Source: an uncultured Brevinematales bacterium
GTDB lineage: Bacteria > Spirochaetota > Brevinematia > Brevinematales > JAOACQ01
Direction: 5' to 3'
NCBI GenBank assembly: GCA_964413265.1
Contig: CAYPRX010000106.1
Span: 2,048-66,047, forward strand
Length of the DNA stretch: 64,000 nt
Under the pieces are notes generated by a model. The model ran no database searches. It was not told where the DNA came from and saw only the letters and a program-made list of their open reading frames with translations. Every line of letters starts with the position of its first letter. The first letter of the stretch is position 1. Both the position numbers and the translations under genes were made by a program. Positions 57,899-64,000 of the stretch are shown piece by piece.

Positions 57899-59272
57899 CT
57901 ATTCGGTGACTTTGCTGGCCAGTTCTGAGACTTTCTGTTTTATGAGTTTCAGCATGTCTTCTTTTGTCTCCGCTTCAATCGATTGGGCTGATACATATTT
58001 ACCAGTCTCAAGATCGATTAGCTTGATATTGATTATGTAATTCTTCCCGAATTTACCGATAGTTCCAAGTACAGTTTTCTTTACGTTCAGAATCTTGCCA
58101 ACTTTTATGGCGTTTGATTCCTCAGTCAATCCTGACATCTGAAGTTTGGACTCTTCAATTGTTTTACCTATCTCTTCTCTTGACACGACTGTGAAAATGC
58201 CTGTATTTATAAAAGCCGATCTTATATAATCGGATAGTGTTGAAACCTCATCTTTAGATAGTTCTTTTGACTTCGATTCCATGTCGAAAACGGCGATCCT
58301 TACAGTATTCTGTTCGGTCTGGACCGAGATCTGCTCCGAGAGAATCTTTACAATATCAAGATATTTTTTAGATTTGGCATAATCAAGAGCAGTATGGGTT
58401 TTTTTATTTCTGATGCCGGGATCAGCACCTTTCTCTATGAGAAGTTTCACAGTTTCAGTCTCTCCGCTGGAAGCTGCAAACATAAGGGGAGTGTTGCCCT
58501 CGTCATCCCTGACATTTATTTCTGATCCGTATTTCAGAAGAATTTTTATTACTTCATTCTGACCATTGATTGCTGCGAACATCATGGCTGTGCTTCCATG
58601 CAAATTGACTGCTTTCACATCAGCCCCGTTAGAGCATAGTATTTCAATGATATTCGTATAACCTGTCATGGAGGTAAGCATCAATGCCGTCCTTCCGTCA
58701 ATGTCCCTGGCATTTAGATCCGCATTTTTGGCGATCAGGAGTTTTAGGGAACCATCCTTTCCATTGGTGGATGCCAGCATCAGAGCAGTAAAACCATCGT
58801 TTTCATGAACATTCACATCCGCCCCTTTATCAATTAGAGCACCGGCTATGTCGGGATGCCCCCAGAGTGAAGCTATCATAAGAGAATTTCTGCCACCCTT
58901 GTTCTGCGGTTTCACATCAACGCCCTTATCAAGGAGGTATTTAACTATCTCCGCATCGGCGCCTCTCACAGCCCATATAAGGACGGTATCATCGTTATTG
59001 TCTTTTGCGTTAATATTCGCTCCCCTATTTACCAGAAGGTTGAAAATCTCGGTCTTGCGCCTTGCTGCTGCGAACATCACAGGCGTCATTCCCTTGCTGT
59101 CCCGGCCATTAACATCCCTCCAGCTGTTAAGGAGCTGTTTAACCTTGTTGGTATCTCCGTTTGTGATAGCTGTAATGAATTCCTGATCCAGTTCGGCTGC
59201 ATGGTTCAATGCGATGGAGGAAAATAATAATAATAAAGCCGTTAATACGGTGCGAAAAATAACGACAGGCAT
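57899..59272 (-). CDS. Exported ankyrin-repeat protein with C-terminal CsgG/TolB-N-like domain
   Basis: Signal peptide, about 8 GxTxLxxA..GADVN repeats, then VVSREEI..MSGL..KVGKILNV..LIDLETG. Confidence 0.88.
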   Translation of the reverse strand: MPVVIFRTVLTALLLLFSSIALNHAAELDQEFITAITNGDTNKVKQLLNSWRDVNGRDSKGMTPVMFAAARRKTEIFNLLVNRGANINAKDNNDDTVLIWAVRGADAEIVKYLLDKGVDVKPQNKGGRNSLMIASLWGHPDIAGALIDKGADVNVHENDGFTALMLASTNGKDGSLKLLIAKNADLNARDIDGRTALMLTSMTGYTNIIEILCSNGADVKAVNLHGSTAMMFAAINGQNEVIKILLKYGSEINVRDDEGNTPLMFAASSGETETVKLLIEKGADPGIRNKKTHTALDYAKSKKYLDIVKILSEQISVQTEQNTVRIAVFDMESKSKELSKDEVSTLSDYIRSAFINTGIFTVVSREEIGKTIEESKLQMSGLTEESNAIKVGKILNVKKTVLGTIGKFGKNYIINIKLIDLETGKYVSAQSIEAETKEDMLKLIKQKVSELASKVTE

Positions 59273-59343
59273 GATTACTCTCCTTTGTTAGATATAAGTT
59301 ATTGTACACCAGTAATATTGAAATTGCAATTTGCAGGAAATGT

Positions 59344-60705
59344 TTATTTATTTTTATATTCAATATATGCAGACTGTATCTCAAGTTCAGTCGAATCACC
59401 GGAGGTAAAGCGCTTTGCATACCAGTAATGCAAATCATCTTCGTATATAATTTCGGTCACATTTCTTGCTTCCATATTTCTTCGGTTGTTGGTAACCTGA
59501 AGCTCATTTTCACTCAAGGTCTTGCCGTTTAAAGATACAAGCCAGCTATATGTAAAGATGATGAGTTCATTATGGCTGGGGTTTACAAGGCCTTTGATAG
59601 AAATATCAATACTCGCCTTATTTTCAATGCGATTGTTTTTTTTGTCATAGAGCAGATATGTAAAGTCCTGCTGGTCCTGAATATATGTGCTATCCTTAGA
59701 ATAATCAAGTCTCCTTGACATCCCCGGCAGATAATTTGCAGTGAAGGAGGGGGTTATATAATTCTTTCCCCTTTTTATATCCGTTTCCATATAATTTTTC
59801 ACTATGTAGTTGATATTCTGATGAAAGAGGTGTTTTCCTATCGATATATTATTGAGTACTCTCCGGTTTTCCTGGTCCTTATTCCCTGAAAGGATAATTT
59901 GCTCTTTCTGATCGATGATTGTGTCTTCAGAATTCCAGTTAACAAGGTATACCTCAGTGCTTTTTAACTGGAGAAAACCGGCAGTGAGCAGAATGCCAAG
60001 AAGTACAAGCGCAGCACATGCCCAGACTGGAATAAAAGAACGTTTTTTCCGTGCATTAACCGGAGCCTTAGGCGAACTGTAGCGGCCATCGGTAACTTCG
60101 TAAATTTCCACGGGAGAGTCTATTCCTTTAAGATAATATCTGCCATGAAGCCTCCATAAAAGATGTGAATCCTTGATGGATAAGAGCCAGCCTTTTGCAC
60201 TGTCAAAAACAGGATAAGTCATGTATATCTGGTCGCCGTCGGCAAGGCCTTCTACTCGTGAGGCCCGGTTTACATGACTGCCGAAAAGATCCAGCTTTGT
60301 TTCATTTTCAACAGTGACCTGCCCCATGTGTATACCGATCCTTACCCGGATCTTTTCAAGTTCCGGGTGAGTTTCATTAAATTCTCTGATACGTTCCTGG
60401 ATCTTAAGAGCTCTTTCAACTGCACTGGAGGGTTCTGAGAAAACTGCCATCACAGAATCGCCGATATGTTTTATAACCAGGCCTACGCCGTTCTCTTCGA
60501 TTGTGCTGATCAGGATATCATCATGATACTTCCGTATCATACTGGAATATTGTTCACCTTTTTCTTCAGTGAGTCTTGTAAATTCCTTTATGTCGGTAAA
60601 AAGGATAACGAGAACAGAAGTTTCTTTTAAACGGCGGTACTGTTCGATCCTGTTAAATTCCTGCCGGCTTAATTCAAAGGAATTAGTATCACCTGTCTTA
60701 TTCAT
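59344..60705 (-). CDS. Class III adenylate cyclase with TM helix and extracytoplasmic C-terminal domain
   Basis: FTDIKEFT, KHIGDSV, RIGIHMG, DLFGSHVNRASRVE. Confidence 0.9.
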   Translation of the reverse strand: MNKTGDTNSFELSRQEFNRIEQYRRLKETSVLVILFTDIKEFTRLTEEKGEQYSSMIRKYHDDILISTIEENGVGLVIKHIGDSVMAVFSEPSSAVERALKIQERIREFNETHPELEKIRVRIGIHMGQVTVENETKLDLFGSHVNRASRVEGLADGDQIYMTYPVFDSAKGWLLSIKDSHLLWRLHGRYYLKGIDSPVEIYEVTDGRYSSPKAPVNARKKRSFIPVWACAALVLLGILLTAGFLQLKSTEVYLVNWNSEDTIIDQKEQIILSGNKDQENRRVLNNISIGKHLFHQNINYIVKNYMETDIKRGKNYITPSFTANYLPGMSRRLDYSKDSTYIQDQQDFTYLLYDKKNNRIENKASIDISIKGLVNPSHNELIIFTYSWLVSLNGKTLSENELQVTNNRRNMEARNVTEIIYEDDLHYWYAKRFTSGDSTELEIQSAYIEYKNK

Positions 60706-60806
60706 AAATGACCTCCAGCCGTTTAATTTTTAAAATCCTATCATTATATATAAAAAAATTATTATATTCAAAATTCACTGCTTTAAAAAAGTGTTGAAAA
60801 TAATGT

Positions 60807-60835
60807 TTGACAAAAAAAAATATTCGAGTTATCAT
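60807..60835 (+). promoter_or_regulatory. sigma70 promoter of the trp operon
   Basis: TTGACA-17bp-TATCAT. Confidence 0.7.
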
Positions 60836-60862
60836 TAGTTAAATAATTTTGGAGATTCACCT

Positions 60863-60949
60863 ATGAAACTCCAGTTCGTATTTGCTAATAGCTGGTGGTG
60901 GTACACAATTATGTCGATTTCAGGTGAAAGTTCTTGCCGGGACGTTTAG
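60863..60949 (+). CDS. trpL: trp leader peptide MKLQFVFANSWWWYTIMSISGESSCRDV
   Basis: GGAG RBS, three consecutive TGG codons, followed by a terminator and trpE. Confidence 0.85.
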   Translation: MKLQFVFANSWWWYTIMSISGESSCRDV

Positions 60950-60970
60950 TGGTGATAATAGAATAGTTTT

Positions 60971-61004
60971 AAAACCCGCAGGTATAACACCTGCGGGTTT
61001 TTTT
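60971..61004 (+). terminator. trp attenuator terminator
   Basis: AAAACCCGCAGGT-ATAAC-ACCTGCGGGTTTT plus T run. Confidence 0.88.
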
Positions 61005-61039
61005 ATTGTTTTCTCCCGAAAGTTTTTAAGGAGGATTGA

Positions 61040-62461
61040 ATGTCTGGTAAAATTAAGATTTACCCAGTTTACAGGGAGATCACAGCTGATGTAGAGACCC
61101 CTGTTTCCGCCTTTCTTGCACTGAAAAAGCCCGGTGCTAAGGGATTTCTTCTGGAGAGCGTGGAGATGGGTGAGAAATTAGGGCGTTATTCTTTCCTCGG
61201 TTTCGAACCTGAACTGGAGTTTACAGCAAAAAAGAACAGGGTTAGAATAGTATTCAGGGGCAATGTAGAAGAATTCACCAGTGAAAACCCCGCACTTGAA
61301 TTAAAAAAGATTGTGGACCGTTTTGAAGAGGACACCCATGATGAATTACCGCCTTTTAACGCCGGACTTGTCGGGTATTTCAGTTATGATTCCATAAGAT
61401 TCTATGAAAAGATACCCGATACCAAACCGGACAGGCTGAATCTTCCGGATATCTATATGTTATTCCCGAAGATCCTTATAGCCTTCGATCATATTAAACA
61501 GAAGATGATACTGATGGCGCCGGCATTTTCTGACGAAAACCATGACAGGGCCTCTAAACTGATATCGGAGTATGAAGGTATTCTCAGTACGGCGAAAACG
61601 CCTAACCGCATCATGTTCTCTAATGAAGGCAAGATAAATCTCTCAAGCAATTTTAAAAAAGAGAATTATTTAAAAGCTGTGGAGAAGGCAAAGGATTATA
61701 TAATTGCTGGTGATATATTCCAGGTCGTGCTTTCGCAGAGGCTATCGATGAAAACTGATGTGCCACCCTTCGATATATACCGCAAGCTCAGGATGATAAA
61801 TCCTTCCCCTTATATGATCTATATTGACCTTGATCAATTCCAGATAGTCGGGTCTTCGCCAGAGGTCATGGTCAAGAGGATAAAGACTGTCGATAAGGAT
61901 GAGGTTCTTGAACGCCCGATCGCCGGAACAAGGCCGAGGGGTAAAAATGTAATTGAAGATAATGAGATAGAAAAGGAGCTCCTGGCTGACGGGAAAGAGC
62001 TTGCAGAACATACAATGCTGCTGGACCTTTCGCGCAACGATATAGGGAGAATTGCAGAATACGGCTCGGTTAAAGTTTCCAATATGTTTCATATTGAGAG
62101 ATATTCCCATGTCATGCATATTGTTTCAGATGTAACCGGTAAACCAGCAGAAAATACACATGTTCTGGATATAATCTCTGCAACATTTCCAGCTGGCACT
62201 GTTTCGGGTTCACCCAAGGTCAGGGCTATGGAAATCATAGATGAGCTCGAGCCGGAAAGAAGGGGGATCTACGCTGGAGCCATTGGATACATTGATTTCA
62301 GGGGAAATCTTGACACCTGCATAGCCATAAGGACACTTATCTGCAAGGATAAGACAGTTTATCTCCAGGCAGGAGCCGGAATCGTATATGATTCAGTGCC
62401 GGAAAGGGAATATGAGGAAACAATCAATAAGGCCAGGGCGCTTATGAAAGCGCTCTTATAG
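61040..62461 (+). CDS. trpE: Anthranilate synthase component I
   Basis: FLLESVE, GDIFQVVLSQR, NPSPYM, PIAGTRPRG, PAGTVSGSPK. Confidence 0.96.
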   Translation: MSGKIKIYPVYREITADVETPVSAFLALKKPGAKGFLLESVEMGEKLGRYSFLGFEPELEFTAKKNRVRIVFRGNVEEFTSENPALELKKIVDRFEEDTHDELPPFNAGLVGYFSYDSIRFYEKIPDTKPDRLNLPDIYMLFPKILIAFDHIKQKMILMAPAFSDENHDRASKLISEYEGILSTAKTPNRIMFSNEGKINLSSNFKKENYLKAVEKAKDYIIAGDIFQVVLSQRLSMKTDVPPFDIYRKLRMINPSPYMIYIDLDQFQIVGSSPEVMVKRIKTVDKDEVLERPIAGTRPRGKNVIEDNEIEKELLADGKELAEHTMLLDLSRNDIGRIAEYGSVKVSNMFHIERYSHVMHIVSDVTGKPAENTHVLDIISATFPAGTVSGSPKVRAMEIIDELEPERRGIYAGAIGYIDFRGNLDTCIAIRTLICKDKTVYLQAGAGIVYDSVPEREYEETINKARALMKALL

Positions 62462-62481
62462 ACAGGTTAAGGGAGGCAATA

Positions 62482-63183
62482 ATGGCAATACGATATGAAA
62501 ATATTGTCCCGTGGGGCAGGTCTTATGGGGAATATTTACGTATGTTCAGGCTCAATGAAAACGATCTTTGCGGAAGGATACTGGGCTGTGGCGACGGTCC
62601 TGCCAGCTTCAACTGTGAAATGGCCCGGAGAGGAATGAAAATGATCTCAGCCGATCCTCTTTATAAATTTACAATGAGAGAGATAAAAGAGCGGATCAGA
62701 AGTACCTTTGAGGAAATCATAAACCAGACATACAGGAATAGGGGAAAATTTATCTGGAAGGATATACCTTCAATAAAAGAACTCGGGGAGATGAGGATGA
62801 AGGCTATGAAAAAATTCCTCGAGGATTATGAAAAGGGCAAGATTGAAAGTAGATACGTGGATGCTGAACTGCCGGAGCTTCCATTTAAGGACCTGGAATT
62901 CGACCTTGCCCTATGCTCCCATTTTTTGTTCCTGTACTCTTACAATCTGACCCTTGAGTTTCATATCGCCTCGATCAGGGAAATGTGCAGGGTTGCAAAA
63001 GAAGTGCGCGTTTTTCCCCTGCTTGATGTTGAGGGGCTGATATCGCCTTATCTAGACAGAGTTATTGAAACCTTTAAAGGTGATGGAAAGTCCGTGTCGG
63101 TGGAAACTGTCGACTATGAGTTCCAGAAACATGGTAACCGTATGCTGATAATAGGAGGAAAATATGATACTGGTAATCGATAA
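62482..63183 (+). CDS. Class I SAM-dependent methyltransferase
   Basis: ILGCGDGPASF, LPFKDLEFDLALCSHFLFLY. Confidence 0.8.
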   Translation: MAIRYENIVPWGRSYGEYLRMFRLNENDLCGRILGCGDGPASFNCEMARRGMKMISADPLYKFTMREIKERIRSTFEEIINQTYRNRGKFIWKDIPSIKELGEMRMKAMKKFLEDYEKGKIESRYVDAELPELPFKDLEFDLALCSHFLFLYSYNLTLEFHIASIREMCRVAKEVRVFPLLDVEGLISPYLDRVIETFKGDGKSVSVETVDYEFQKHGNRMLIIGGKYDTGNR

Positions 63184-64000
63184 TTATGATTCTTTTATTT
63201 ACAATGTTGTGCAGTACGTAGGTGAATATTACAGTGATATCAAGGTCTACCGGAATGACAAGATCACCCTGGATGAGGCGCTAGCATTAAGCCCGGATGG
63301 GATTATTATTTCACCTGGTCCGGGGAGACCCGAGGATTCACATGTGTCGCTTGAGCTCATAAAAAACGCGAATGATATTCCCTTGCTTGGCGTCTGCCTT
63401 GGTCACCAGGGAATAGCCTTCGCCTATGGAGGAGAGATCATAGGGGCTAAGAATATCCTACATGGCAAGGCGTCAGTGGTCCATCACAACGGAAAAGATA
63501 TTTTTGAGGGAGTGAGCACGCCATTGTCGGCAATACGCTACCACTCTCTTGTAGCAAAGAGGGAATCGCTGCCGGATAACCTTGAGGTTACAGCGGAAAG
63601 CGATGACGGAGAGGTAATGGGGCTCAAGGTTAAGGGCAGGGATATATACGGGATCCAGTTTCACCCCGAATCAGTATTAACTGAACAGGGCAAGGCCATA
63701 ATCAAAAATTTCGTTAACCTCGTAGTCAAGAAAAGTGAGGTAAGTCAAAACGATAGGATAACCTCTCGAGTAAGGTCGGCGATCAGAAAGGCAAGCGAGA
63801 AAGATGGTCTTACGAAGGAAGAAGCGAAAGAAATGATGGATTATATAATGAAAGGGCATGCTACCCATTCGCAGATTGGAGCGTACCTTATGGGGCTTAT
63901 GATGAAGGGAGAAAGTTCCGATGAAATCACAGGAAGCGCAGAGTCGATGTTCGGAGTCTGCGTAAGGGTATATACTGATAAATCTCCATTGGTGGATACA
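63164..64000 (+). CDS. trpGD: Bifunctional TrpG-TrpD (glutamine amidotransferase fused to anthranilate phosphoribosyltransferase); 3' end runs off the window
   Basis: Translated by hand (not in the ORF track): MILVIDNYDSF, SPGPG, GVCLGHQ, RYHSL, QFHPES, then no stop into LTKEEAKEMM..QIGAYL..KGESSDEITG..LVDT. Confidence 0.9.
   Translation, partial: MILVIDNYDSFIYNVVQYVGEYYSDIKVYRNDKITLDEALALSPDGIIISPGPGRPEDSHVSLELIKNANDIPLLGVCLGHQGIAFAYGGEIIGAKNILHGKASVVHHNGKDIFEGVSTPLSAIRYHSLVAKRESLPDNLEVTAESDDGEVMGLKVKGRDIYGIQFHPESVLTEQGKAIIKNFVNLVVKKSEVSQNDRITSRVRSAIRKASEKDGLTKEEAKEMMDYIMKGHATHSQIGAYLMGLMMKGESSDEITGSAESMFGVCVRVYTDKSPLVDT

Noticed and set aside
60882-61094. 70-aa ORF across the trp leader
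   Set aside because: It runs through the terminator and overlaps trpE out of frame; the short WWW leader explains the region.
1-64000. Short antisense and nested ORFs in the track; CRISPR arrays, tRNA/rRNA, reverse-transcriptase or template-repeat systems
   Set aside because: The short ORFs shadow well-supported genes and show no motifs. I saw no spaced repeats, structural RNA genes or reverse transcriptase by eye.

Overview
About 64 kb of chromosome, most likely from a free-living spirochaete (FlbB-like collar protein, spirochaete-type FlhO/FlgF, sigma28 promoters). Most of it is housekeeping: rimP-nusA-infB-rbfA, asd, acpP, gmhA, nnr, gcvT-H-PA-PB, mtnA, pyrC, ilvC, purC, mgtA and trpE-trpGD, plus many envelope and outer-membrane proteins and two class III nucleotidyl cyclases. 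I saw no rRNA, tRNA or CRISPR array. The most striking structure is missed by the ORF track and lies at 17.0-19.5 kb. An eroded IS1380 (ISEcp1-like) element plus a 1.3-kb passenger carrying an intact outer-membrane-protein gene sits, flanked by a 5-bp TTAAA duplication, inside a decayed paralogue of that same gene. The IS remnant retains a near-consensus outward promoter pointing at the passenger gene. Other highlights are a full-length DnaE-like protein lacking the polymerase catalytic residues and thumb, a Trp-Trp-Trp leader-peptide attenuator for the trp operon, a PaaX-type operator with 27-bp spacing, a cyclase with a Lys-to-Asp change at the base-specifying position, and an EIIA-domain gene translationally coupled to mgtA. 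All alignments were done by eye; no database search was run.
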